Shown: one piece after another, positions 9,943-18,892 of the stretch
Layout: the number at the start of each line of letters is the position of its first letter
Position numbering within the stretch: position 1 is the stretch's first letter
Assembly (NCBI GenBank): GCA_963701075.1
Contig: OY969559.1
Location: 992,001 to 1,056,000 of the forward strand
Direction: 5' to 3'
Source: an uncultured Nitrososphaerota archaeon
GTDB taxonomy: Archaea > Thermoproteota > Nitrososphaeria > Nitrososphaerales > Nitrosopumilaceae
DNA length: 64,000 nt
Made by a program: the position numbers and the translations under genes
The notes under the pieces: generated by a model
What the model was told of the DNA's origin: nothing
Database searches by the model: none
Seen by the model: the letters and a program-made list of their open reading frames with translations, nothing else

Positions 9943-10629
9943 GTGACTGTTAAAAATAACGATATTACTCCTACGCAATCTTGTCTGATTCAATTAAATC
10001 ACATAGCGTACCGTTTGAGTTGGACAAACAGTCTGCTTGATAAGATCATACCAGAAATTCCAGGAGTGATTCTACAAGGTGGAGAAGATGAAAAAAAAGC
10101 AAAAACAATCGAAGCTCAAGTAAGAATATTTCTTGATTATACTTTTCTGAACTTGTATCAACTAATTGAGATTCATGACACTCAAGTGGGAAGGATCTTG
10201 AAGGATTTGGGTCATATTGAACTTGAAAAATCGCTGGTTGAACTATGGACTCCTATAAAACAACTCGGAACAAAGATCGAACTTTGGCGAAATTCTTATG
10301 TAGCACATTCGAAAGGGCAAGCAATTAATTTCAAAGATTTTCATGAAATAGACCCTGATTATTCAAATACTTTAAAAAAAACATTACTTGCATCCAGATT
10401 AGCCTCCCTTTACATTGCTGGAATATTTACCAATCTGAAAGCCGATTATAAACTTGCCTTATCAAATCAACAAGCAAAATCTGCAGGTAGTTCAGTAGTG
10501 TGGGCTGACTTTAAGAAATGGTGGCTAGAAATGAATAAGGAAACAGAAAAAATATTGGATCAAACCAACGCGCGAATTAAACAAGGTGGTTATGATAAAA
10601 TTCAACCACTAAAGTATCTAGGTCAATAA
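9943..10629 (+). CDS. HEPN-superfamily (AbiU2-like) putative RNase
   Basis: Predominantly helical 228 aa with IELWRNSYVAH (Rx5H). Confidence 0.6.
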   Translation: MTVKNNDITPTQSCLIQLNHIAYRLSWTNSLLDKIIPEIPGVILQGGEDEKKAKTIEAQVRIFLDYTFLNLYQLIEIHDTQVGRILKDLGHIELEKSLVELWTPIKQLGTKIELWRNSYVAHSKGQAINFKDFHEIDPDYSNTLKKTLLASRLASLYIAGIFTNLKADYKLALSNQQAKSAGSSVVWADFKKWWLEMNKETEKILDQTNARIKQGGYDKIQPLKYLGQ

Positions 10630-10645
10630 TCTTATAAAACTTCAG

Positions 10646-10978
10646 TTATATTCCAATTGTAGAACATTCAGGCAAGTTCATCAAAAGATCATCATCACCA
10701 AGTTTTGGATAACTTATGTAATACATATCCTCATCAACATCAGCTTCTACACTCACTGATCTTAATCCATCCTTTGATTTTACTTCAAAATCATAAATTC
10801 CTTTATGTATTGTTTGACCTTCTATGATCTCGTATTCATTTTTATTTTGAACTTCATAAACCTGTTTAGCAGTCCAATGACGGGTGAGTTTGCTACCTAA
10901 GTCACTTTGCTCTTCTGTTGTTATTCCCACTATCTTACCCTTTTTTCTTGTAGCACAAATTATGAAACGTATTGTCAT
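10646..10978 (-). CDS. DUF3892-like small protein
   Basis: Pattern IICATRK..KIVGI...WTAKQV...FEV...V.V...Y......DDLLMNLPEC resembles DUF3892. Confidence 0.5.
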   Translation of the reverse strand: MTIRFIICATRKKGKIVGITTEEQSDLGSKLTRHWTAKQVYEVQNKNEYEIIEGQTIHKGIYDFEVKSKDGLRSVSVEADVDEDMYYISYPKLGDDDLLMNLPECSTIGI

Positions 10979-11110
10979 ATTAGATAATGTGATGAATGAT
11001 CTAGTTAGGTTTTATGATGAGAAAACTTAACATTACAAATTTAAAATAAAATAGTGAATAACTCGAAAATTCGTAATAATTCCTATATAGCCTAATTCTA
11101 ACTCATAAAT

Positions 11111-12325
11111 ATGAATGATAAAATACCAAGGAAAAAATCAAAAAAATCACTTCGAGACGTATTACGAATTATTAGTCCAATCATAGAAACATTTCTCACA
11201 TATTATTACGTATCAGCGCCTTTACTCATTGCATTACTTCTCTTGTTCTCTATCTATTCTTTAGAAAAACTTGGAATACATTCTACCTTAACAGATCCTA
11301 CTTTCAAAATAGGATTGTATTTTGCTATCTGGGGATTTGCTATTACACTTTTAATGTTAATTCAATCAGACATCAAGATAAATCGGTTAAAAAAGGAAAT
11401 TAAAGAGATCAAAGAATTTTTTGGTTTCAAAGATGAAAAAACAAAAATAGCTGAACTTGCACCAATACGGATTAAAATTAGACTGCCATTATACATAATA
11501 ATTCTCTTTTTAATTGCCTTTGGTTTTATACTGGCAGGAGGGTATTTTTATGCACCTCCAAATCAGACACCCGATCGTCCGGGTGCAGAAACTTGGGATG
11601 GAGTTAGTTTAACTCATGACAGTGGCATCAACTTTACTACTTTTGAGTTTAATTTTGTTACCTCAACAAAAAACCAATATTTGTTCATTTATTATATTAC
11701 TGACTTTCAAATGAAAGCGGGTACACACTATGCCATGCTTATCTTGCCATACGTGGGAAAATTAGAGGACGCATCTGCCGACGGTTGGAAACAGTACAAT
11801 GTATCTTCTTCAAATACCTCAATACTTTACAAGGAGTTTTACTGTCCTGAACTCTATTCACCGAAATGCAATGATGCCCCAAACCTGTATTTTGATTTTC
11901 AGGATAAGATTGATGCTAAACAATACTATATTCATTCGATTAACATTCCCTTTACGACAACGTTACAACCTGATACATTAAATGAAGTAAATAACATAAC
12001 GAAAGAATACGACAGAAATCATGAATGGACTGTTAATAACCCACCTATAATAAGAGTCACCGTAAACGCAAGTGTTACACAATTAAATCCAATTCCGGAT
12101 GGATACATGACATCATTTGAACTAGAACCTACAAAGGTTAATGCTACAGTCTTTGTTTGGTCATTACCTAATCATGAGATAACATTTCATTTGGATTTTA
12201 TCAATCCGGGTGAAAGAAGAGCATTTGATGATCAAAGAAATCTCAGTTTAATTCTTTTTGGTATTGGCGCATCTTTTGGTGGCATAGGACTGGCTGAATG
12301 TAGGCGAAAAGGACGCAGAATTTAG
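11111..12325 (+). CDS. Hypothetical membrane protein (about 3 N-terminal TM, extracellular beta-rich domain, C-terminal TM)
   Basis: 404-aa ORF with hydrophobic segments and a basic tail. Confidence 0.65.
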   Translation: MNDKIPRKKSKKSLRDVLRIISPIIETFLTYYYVSAPLLIALLLLFSIYSLEKLGIHSTLTDPTFKIGLYFAIWGFAITLLMLIQSDIKINRLKKEIKEIKEFFGFKDEKTKIAELAPIRIKIRLPLYIIILFLIAFGFILAGGYFYAPPNQTPDRPGAETWDGVSLTHDSGINFTTFEFNFVTSTKNQYLFIYYITDFQMKAGTHYAMLILPYVGKLEDASADGWKQYNVSSSNTSILYKEFYCPELYSPKCNDAPNLYFDFQDKIDAKQYYIHSINIPFTTTLQPDTLNEVNNITKEYDRNHEWTVNNPPIIRVTVNASVTQLNPIPDGYMTSFELEPTKVNATVFVWSLPNHEITFHLDFINPGERRAFDDQRNLSLILFGIGASFGGIGLAECRRKGRRI

Positions 12326-12378
12326 TGACTTACACTAGTGCAAAATGTACAGTTCCAACTATATCCCCAGCCACATAA

Positions 12379-12450
12379 TGGGATCGGGTAAAATTGAACC
12401 TAGCTTATTTTCCATTGCTTTTGTCATAGATATCTAATCAAGCAGATCGC
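12379..12450 (-). pseudogene. Possible decayed tRNA / att-site remnant
   Basis: Minus strand ends CTAGG-TTCAATT-TTACC-CGATCCC-A (tRNA T-loop, acceptor and discriminator spacing); GCGATCT at 12450-12444 could be the 5' acceptor strand; D and anticodon arms not recognisable. Confidence 0.35.
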
Positions 12451-12565
12451 AGTTTGATAAAAAGTAATATAGAAGTTATTCATTATGAGCTTGCAGTGAT
12501 GCAAGTCTCAGTGACTCTGAGTACTGGCATACCTATTTATTGAAATTTTTTATTCAAAGAATATC

Positions 12566-12814
12566 TTGGGATTTGAAAAACGTGAAATCTTGCTGATCCT
12601 AGGAGTTTTGTTTCTGATGATAGGACTGCTGCCATTCTTGGCTCCAGTGTATGCAGTAATAATTGCAATTGTATCATACTTTGGGATCCGAGTATTTGTT
12701 GGAAGGCGAAAGAAACAGATTCAAAAAGCAATAGGGGAAGGAATGTGTGCAATATGTGGTGCTAGGATAATCCAGAACAAGTGCCCAAACTGTGATGAAC
12801 CAAAGACCGGTTAA
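12566..12814 (+). CDS. Small membrane protein with C-terminal zinc ribbon
   Basis: Two TM segments, then CAICG...CPNC. Confidence 0.75.
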   Translation: MGFEKREILLILGVLFLMIGLLPFLAPVYAVIIAIVSYFGIRVFVGRRKKQIQKAIGEGMCAICGARIIQNKCPNCDEPKTG

Positions 12815-12980
12815 TATTCATGTTTCATATCAAGATGATAAATTATACGAACGACTTATAATGAATTCAAGGCTAAGTTTACCTAAATGAGGTTAAAGGC
12901 ATATTGGGGATTAACAAGTACTCAACTTTTCCACAATTAACACCTAAAATTGTAATCTCTATGATGAAATGGTAGCATAG

Positions 12981-15900
12981 ATGAGATACTTGAGATCCTA
13001 CACTATTGTCAGCTTTTTAATTCTAATTTTAATTGGACAAACTTATTCTGCTTTAGGTCAGGCAGCCCCTATAGCAAATCATGTGGTGATAAATGAAGCT
13101 GATATAAATCCAGTCGGGGATGACACCAAATATCCCATAGATTGGGTGGAACTCTACAATCCTACTGCCAGTCCTGTAAATATTAGTGGGTGGACCATTG
13201 GCGCAACAACTGGATTACAGCAAATCTACACGATACCAAGTAGCACAATAATTCAGAGCAAACAATTCATGGTATTTGTAGATGGTCCAATGTGGTTTCC
13301 GCATGCCGGTGCAGTTATCCAATTAAAAAATGATAGCGGGACAATAATTGATCAAACTCCGCCGCTGACTGATCTTCAAGGAGGTGGCAATTCGTGGCAA
13401 AGGTTAGCCGATGGTTATGACACAGGTTCTTCAAGCGATTGGGTTTACAAAGTGGCCACTCCAGGATCATCTAACGGCCAACTCGCTACAACAACCACTG
13501 CTGCCAAAAATACAATGACCGTCACCACAGACAAAACCAGTTATATCTTCGGAGATACTGTAACAATGAGCGGAAAAGTTTCAGCACTTCTAACTGATCC
13601 TGTTTTAGGATATCCTCTGGCGGTTAACATGGTGGTGTCTGGACCATCCGGTTTTCAAAAAACATTCACTCTGTATCCAAACACTAATCTGCAATTTAGC
13701 ACATCTATGACCACTGGTCAGGTAGTGGGATTTCCAGAAGGAAATTACACCATCTCAGCATCATATGGAAGCCTTACCGCATCATCTGCTTTCATGCTTG
13801 GTTCTACATCATTTACTCCTCCAACCCAGGCCGCTTCAGTTACCATGTCTATGTCAACAGACCAGTCAAGTTATACTATATCACACCCAATTACACTTAG
13901 CGGAACTGTTTCTCAAGTTATTCCATTGACCCCAGTGGTTTACAAAGTCTATAATCCGAACGGTACCATGATATATCAAGGAAATCTTTTTCCTGATTCC
14001 CAAGGTCATTTTACCACCTATAGCCAATACCAATCTAGCCCGGGCACATCTGGAATTACGATAAACACTGTTAATCCAATTTATGGAAAATATGTAATTA
14101 CTGCAAGCTATAGCACTGCAACAACTACTACTTCCTTTACATTGGTATCTCAACAAGCACAAACTGCGCCATTATTGATATCAACTGATAAACAAGTATA
14201 TGGTCTTGGGGACACGGTAAAGATGAGTGGGAGCACTCAACTAACAGGTCTGCAAAATTCTGGACTCTCTCCATCTTTGGAAATTGTGCAATCTACTGCA
14301 GCATCTGCGGTTCGGGGAATTGTACCACAAACTCTCGACATTAAAACATTTGTCAATATAACCCCGTCTGATACATTCACTTACAATTTTACTATTCCAA
14401 ATGATCCAAGCAGGCTTGGAAATTACAGAGCAATATTATCTACGTCTTCTGCAACTGCTGAAGCTGATTTTGTAGTCGCGCAAAACCCAAGCACTTATCA
14501 ACCTACAACACAAACAGGCCCATTCATTATGACTACTGACAAGACACTGTATGCATATGGAGATTCAATTGTTATTTCGGGCAGAATACAACCAAACATG
14601 ACACTTCAGGGTACTCAGATCCAGATCTTAGTTTTCAATTCCACAGGAAACCAGTTGTATTCCCAAACTTCAAATTTAGTTAGTGGGTCGGCTATTAGCC
14701 AATCAACTCCACTGGCTTTCTTTGCATATCCAGACACCAGTGGAAACTTTGTTATTCAACAGTCTATTACTCCTAGTGTTTTTACGGCAGGCACGTACAC
14801 TCTAAAAGCCTCATATGGTAACCTTCAGACGTCTACTACCTTTTCAGTGTACAACCCACTTAACACCGGTAGCCAAGGTCCTATGGTGGCTAATATTGAT
14901 AAACAAGTGTATGGAGTAGGCGATACAGTCCATCTGACTGGAAAAATATCTAGCCTGACGGGAACTTCTGCATATACACTGAACCTCCTACAACCTGATG
15001 GGAAAATAATCACCACTAATCTGGCGTTGAATAATGGGCTTTTCTCATGGAATTATACGGTCCCAAGTCAAGCGACTTTTAACACTGCTTCTACAATTAC
15101 CACTAGAAATAGCATGACAACATCTAACGCAAACTCGCAGACCAACCTGTATGGAATCTATAGTATAACCATCAATTCTGACATTGGCAGTTCACAATTG
15201 TTCTTCCAAGTATCTCCAAATCCGCAAAATCAAACTACTATCTCTCCATTTACTGTAGAGACTGACAAGACAGCATACATGAGCAGCGATGTATTGGATA
15301 TTTTAGGACAGGCATTACCGCAACCAAATACCTCATCTCAATCTATTAACAACCAAGTTCAAATATCGATTTATACTCAAACTGGGGAAGAAATTTACAG
15401 CGGCTTTGCCAATCTGAACCCGGGCGGCCAATTCAATGTACTAGTACCCATGCAACCTGGCGTTTGGACAACAGGGACTTACACAATTTACGCACAATAT
15501 CTTACTCACAATACTCAGACAACATTTCAAGTGACAGATTCACTTGTAGTTAACTCAGGAAAACCTCAACTTTTCATGGCAACAGATCATGCTCAATATA
15601 TTCCTGGTCAGACAGTTCTGGTTACGGGCAGGACCAGTTACATCATATCAGTTAACAACGCTTATCTTACATTTGGCTTGGCAAACGATACCATGATCAG
15701 TGAAGGCCAACCTATATCGCAAAAGGGTTACACATTACAGGAGGCCACTGTCTCTTTTGATCAGAATGGTTACTTTGGCTATAATTATACAATTCCAAAA
15801 TCTATCCCTATTGGAACTTACATTGTAATAGCTCAGGTGCCGTTTGGATTCTTTAATGCAACATATCAGGTAGTTAATCAACTACCTCAAGTAAACGTCA

Positions 15901-16475
15901 CATCGCAAACAAATGCCACTCAAGTGACACCTCCACTTGTAAACACAACTCAAGTAACACCGCCGTCTACAAATGCTACCAAAGTCCAGCAAGAACCAAC
16001 TGTGATTCCAACTAGTGTAGGACCAACACAAACGAGAACCACCAAATCTATGATTGTAGACAAGGAGAACATGATATCAAGTTCGCTCATTCCAATAAAT
16101 CTAAGTGAAAAGGTCAACGGCAGTCAAACTTATTATCCTAGGGAGATAGATGGATTGCTTCGTGTAAATCCAGGTGACGAAAATGCGGTTAGTTTTAAGG
16201 TGATCTCACCTAACGGTACTTGTATAATTGGTTCAAGTACCGACTGCGCGGTATCACAATCAACATTTCAAGGTAGCTCGCTTTACCAGACTGTAAAAAT
16301 TGGAAATGAAAGCCTTTTGGTGGGATTTTCTGGCTCGGATCAGAGAATACAACAATTCAGTCTTCTTCCATCTAATGCAAATACTAGTCTCCAAGTTGGT
16401 CAGTGGAATGTACAGATCATAAAAAATGATCAAGTCTCTAGATTCTATTACCAAGTAACTTATCTGACGCAATAA
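12981..16475 (+). CDS. Secreted surface protein: lamin-tail domain plus repeated Ig-like modules
   Basis: Signal peptide; VVINE...DWVELYNPT...V.ISGW (LTD); about 7 TDK/IDK..Y..GD-type module starts; T/S/Q/N-rich. Confidence 0.85.
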   Translation: MRYLRSYTIVSFLILILIGQTYSALGQAAPIANHVVINEADINPVGDDTKYPIDWVELYNPTASPVNISGWTIGATTGLQQIYTIPSSTIIQSKQFMVFVDGPMWFPHAGAVIQLKNDSGTIIDQTPPLTDLQGGGNSWQRLADGYDTGSSSDWVYKVATPGSSNGQLATTTTAAKNTMTVTTDKTSYIFGDTVTMSGKVSALLTDPVLGYPLAVNMVVSGPSGFQKTFTLYPNTNLQFSTSMTTGQVVGFPEGNYTISASYGSLTASSAFMLGSTSFTPPTQAASVTMSMSTDQSSYTISHPITLSGTVSQVIPLTPVVYKVYNPNGTMIYQGNLFPDSQGHFTTYSQYQSSPGTSGITINTVNPIYGKYVITASYSTATTTTSFTLVSQQAQTAPLLISTDKQVYGLGDTVKMSGSTQLTGLQNSGLSPSLEIVQSTAASAVRGIVPQTLDIKTFVNITPSDTFTYNFTIPNDPSRLGNYRAILSTSSATAEADFVVAQNPSTYQPTTQTGPFIMTTDKTLYAYGDSIVISGRIQPNMTLQGTQIQILVFNSTGNQLYSQTSNLVSGSAISQSTPLAFFAYPDTSGNFVIQQSITPSVFTAGTYTLKASYGNLQTSTTFSVYNPLNTGSQGPMVANIDKQVYGVGDTVHLTGKISSLTGTSAYTLNLLQPDGKIITTNLALNNGLFSWNYTVPSQATFNTASTITTRNSMTTSNANSQTNLYGIYSITINSDIGSSQLFFQVSPNPQNQTTISPFTVETDKTAYMSSDVLDILGQALPQPNTSSQSINNQVQISIYTQTGEEIYSGFANLNPGGQFNVLVPMQPGVWTTGTYTIYAQYLTHNTQTTFQVTDSLVVNSGKPQLFMATDHAQYIPGQTVLVTGRTSYIISVNNAYLTFGLANDTMISEGQPISQKGYTLQEATVSFDQNGYFGYNYTIPKSIPIGTYIVIAQVPFGFFNATYQVVNQLPQVNVTSQTNATQVTPPLVNTTQVTPPSTNATKVQQEPTVIPTSVGPTQTRTTKSMIVDKENMISSSLIPINLSEKVNGSQTYYPREIDGLLRVNPGDENAVSFKVISPNGTCIIGSSTDCAVSQSTFQGSSLYQTVKIGNESLLVGFSGSDQRIQQFSLLPSNANTSLQVGQWNVQIIKNDQVSRFYYQVTYLTQ
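15911..15990 (+). repeat. Imperfect 30-bp tandem repeat encoding NATQVTPPLV/NTTQVTPPST/NATKV linker
   Basis: aaatgccactcaagtgacacctcc / aaacacaactcaagtaacaccgcc / aaatgctaccaaagtc at 30-nt period. Confidence 0.7.
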
Positions 16476-16540
16476 TTACTTGATGAAAACCATATATAAA
16501 ATATCGAATAATTTATTTTTCAATAGATTGTAGTGATAAA

Positions 16541-17050
16541 ATGGAAGTCCAAGTTTTTATGTTGAGACAAGACGACCCAACAAAATGTACTGCTGCAAAA
16601 TTGGTAAAGTTTGGATTGGCAAGACCGATAAGAAGAACAATAAGGCCTACCATGGTTTTAGATCCTTTTGCAGCAAAGATAGTTTTGAAAACTGATGGAA
16701 ACGTTGTTAACTCTATTACAGCTATTGACTGTTCTTGGGAGTTTGCAAAAAAAACATTTACCCGAAATTTCTCAGGATTTTCTCGCAGACTACCACCGTT
16801 ACTTGCTGGCAATCCTGTAAACTATGCCAAAATAGGAAAGCTTACCACTGCAGAAGCAATTGCGGCAGCTCTTTTCATTATGGGATTTGACGATCAGGCT
16901 CATGCAATATTGAACAAATTCAAATGGGGGCATACGTTTTTTGATCTTAACCAAGATCTTTTAAAAGACTATTCAAACGCAGATACCCAAGAAAAAACGG
17001 TTGAGATATCAAATGACTATGGCATGGCACCTAAAACATTTCTGGAATAA
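16541..17050 (+). CDS. tsr3: 16S rRNA aminocarboxypropyltransferase Tsr3 (DUF367)
   Basis: QDDPTKCTAAKL, IDCSW, RRLPPLLAGNPVNY, LTTAEAIAAAL, FKWGHTF. Confidence 0.95.
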   Translation: MEVQVFMLRQDDPTKCTAAKLVKFGLARPIRRTIRPTMVLDPFAAKIVLKTDGNVVNSITAIDCSWEFAKKTFTRNFSGFSRRLPPLLAGNPVNYAKIGKLTTAEAIAAALFIMGFDDQAHAILNKFKWGHTFFDLNQDLLKDYSNADTQEKTVEISNDYGMAPKTFLE

Positions 17051-17225
17051 ATATGACTTGATAAACTCACATGTAATTTGAGCTGGAAAGAAGTCCAAAT
17101 AGGCATTTGGTCCAAAGACAACGGTCTTGCAAAATCAAGAAAAGAAACAACTTCTCATGAAGACTATTGCATCTGAAATGTAGACTTGCCAATGCTAAAA
17201 TAGAATCCCTCCTAATCCTAGATAG

Positions 17226-17507
17226 GGTGCGAGCCGGTGAATGAGGCACTGCTACGGCAGAGGAAACTCCTCCCTCCATGCAGCAAATGTGATCCGGAGA
17301 CGGATAGCCAGAGATGGTTGGCAACAGAACAGAAAATTATCCTATCTGGGGCACTGTGATGGTGATGCCTGAGATTCCCAGTAAGGAATGAAAGAGCTGT
17401 CCCGCATGGAGCAAGGCCAAATCAAACTATAAGCGCTGCACTTTGTTTAGGTAGGCCGCATAGCGAAATCTCGTAAAACAGAAGGAGGGTTACAGCTGGC
17501 ACGCACT
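17226..17507 (+). ncRNA. rnpB: Archaeal RNase P RNA
   Basis: GAGGAAACTCCTCC (CR-I) pairs with ACAGAAGGAGGGTTA (CR-V); P1 GTGCGAGCCGG/CTGGCACGCAC; GCAACAGAA and GGAGCAAGGCC motifs. Confidence 0.95.
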
Positions 17508-17517
17508 TTATTTTTTT
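17507..17517 (+). terminator. Oligo-T terminator after RNase P RNA
   Basis: tttattttttt directly after the P1 3' strand. Confidence 0.55.
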
Positions 17518-17550
17518 AAATGACAAAATGTTGTTATTGTTTGAAGTTTT

Positions 17551-18801
17551 TTAGATAGCTGATCTCTTTGGCTTGTCGTCTGGATTGCTTGGTTGATTCC
17601 CTGTGCTAGTTACACCGCCAGGTGCGCCATCAAACTTGTCTGCCCAGTGATGTCTTTCTTCGTATTGTATAGGTCCTGTATCGACCTCTTTTATGACTTC
17701 CTTCATCTTTTTGTTACTCCACCAGAATATTCCTATGGCTATTACTCCGGCAAAGCCTGCCATTCCATATACCATCATTGTTGACGTTCCAAACGCTGTG
17801 GCATTTGAAACTCCAGCAGCTGCTTGGGCGGTTGTTGCAAAAGTCCATCCTCCTTGAACTTGGTTTGGATTTGCGTGGCCTTCTACGTTAATGGTTCCAG
17901 CATTTGCCTGCTCTCTTGTTGAAATGTGATACTTGACACCATCAGAACCTGTAAAATCCTCATCAACATTGTTTACCTTCAATGTTCCTGAGAAAGCATT
18001 GCTAACTCCTGAAGAAAACGTAGTAACTGCTACCTTTTGTCCTTGGTATCCATATCCTGCTGTCTCAGATAAAGTATATGCAGGATCAAAAAGACTATCC
18101 CATTTATCAAGTGACTGTTGGCTGAAGAGTCCTGTCGCATCCATCAAATTTGGAGATTGGAATACGCCGTATGCGTCGGTACCTTTGAGTGCATTGTACA
18201 GGTCTGGCAGTTGACTTTGGATGGAGTCTATTGGATAGTTGATTTCCATGGATCCATATGGACTGGATATGGTGACAGGAGAACTGGCATTGAATGCCAT
18301 CCAAGATGCATCAAATGTTTCAGGTATGTCTCCACTAGCTTGGTTCAAGACATAGCCTGTCACGGTAGGGGTTAGTACAACTTTGTAATCAAAAGAAGCA
18401 TGATCGGAATATCCGTTTATAGCTAATTGATAATCAACAACTAAATTAGTCATAACCGCGGAGCTATGCTCGTTTGTAGCAATATCCGTGTTAATTTGGT
18501 CCATAAACGTCTTGATGACAGGATCATTGGTAGAGTTGTCAGTAAATGCTACCGTCACGTTTTTGTCCTGAAGTATACTTTGTAGCTTACTGCCAGCCGG
18601 ATAATCTACGTAGAAACTCTTTTCAAAGTCATAAGTGGGATTAATGGGGTTGCCTGCAAGAGGTAAAGTAGCACTAAAATTAACTGTTGCAAAACTTGGA
18701 GCGATTGCACCTAAAAGCAACAAGCCTGTTATCACTGGGACAACTAAAAGCCTCCTAGTCACGTTCCCGATCATCTCCAAGTCAGTAATAAATCTTAGCA
18801 T
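17551..18801 (-). CDS. Secreted/membrane-anchored hypothetical protein
   Basis: Signal peptide, N-x-S/T-rich extracellular region, C-terminal TM (MMVYGMAGFAGVIAIGIFWW); true start may be a few codons inside. Confidence 0.75.
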   Translation of the reverse strand: MLRFITDLEMIGNVTRRLLVVPVITGLLLLGAIAPSFATVNFSATLPLAGNPINPTYDFEKSFYVDYPAGSKLQSILQDKNVTVAFTDNSTNDPVIKTFMDQINTDIATNEHSSAVMTNLVVDYQLAINGYSDHASFDYKVVLTPTVTGYVLNQASGDIPETFDASWMAFNASSPVTISSPYGSMEINYPIDSIQSQLPDLYNALKGTDAYGVFQSPNLMDATGLFSQQSLDKWDSLFDPAYTLSETAGYGYQGQKVAVTTFSSGVSNAFSGTLKVNNVDEDFTGSDGVKYHISTREQANAGTINVEGHANPNQVQGGWTFATTAQAAAGVSNATAFGTSTMMVYGMAGFAGVIAIGIFWWSNKKMKEVIKEVDTGPIQYEERHHWADKFDGAPGGVTSTGNQPSNPDDKPKRSAI

Positions 18802-18892
18802 TGATTTTTTTACAATAATTATCTTTGAATTTTTATTGGCAAGAGTAATATGGTATTGACATCTCTTAGTATCTTCATAGGGAACTGAAAAA

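Larger units (their letters stand above)
1..12450. mobile_element. Defence/genomic island (right part); no integrase inside window
   Basis: Cluster of RM, NTase, GTPase and HEPN-like genes; visibly more AT-rich than downstream core; tRNA-like remnant at right edge, then conserved thaumarchaeal genes. Confidence 0.65.

Noticed and set aside
17098-17196. Possible short TTG-started peptide (LSWKEVQIGIWSKDNGLAK...) before rnpB
   Set aside because: About 32 aa, no recognisable motif, and it occupies the likely rnpB upstream region
17067-17324. 85-aa minus-strand ORF
   Set aside because: Overlaps the RNase P RNA gene antisense; no protein motif
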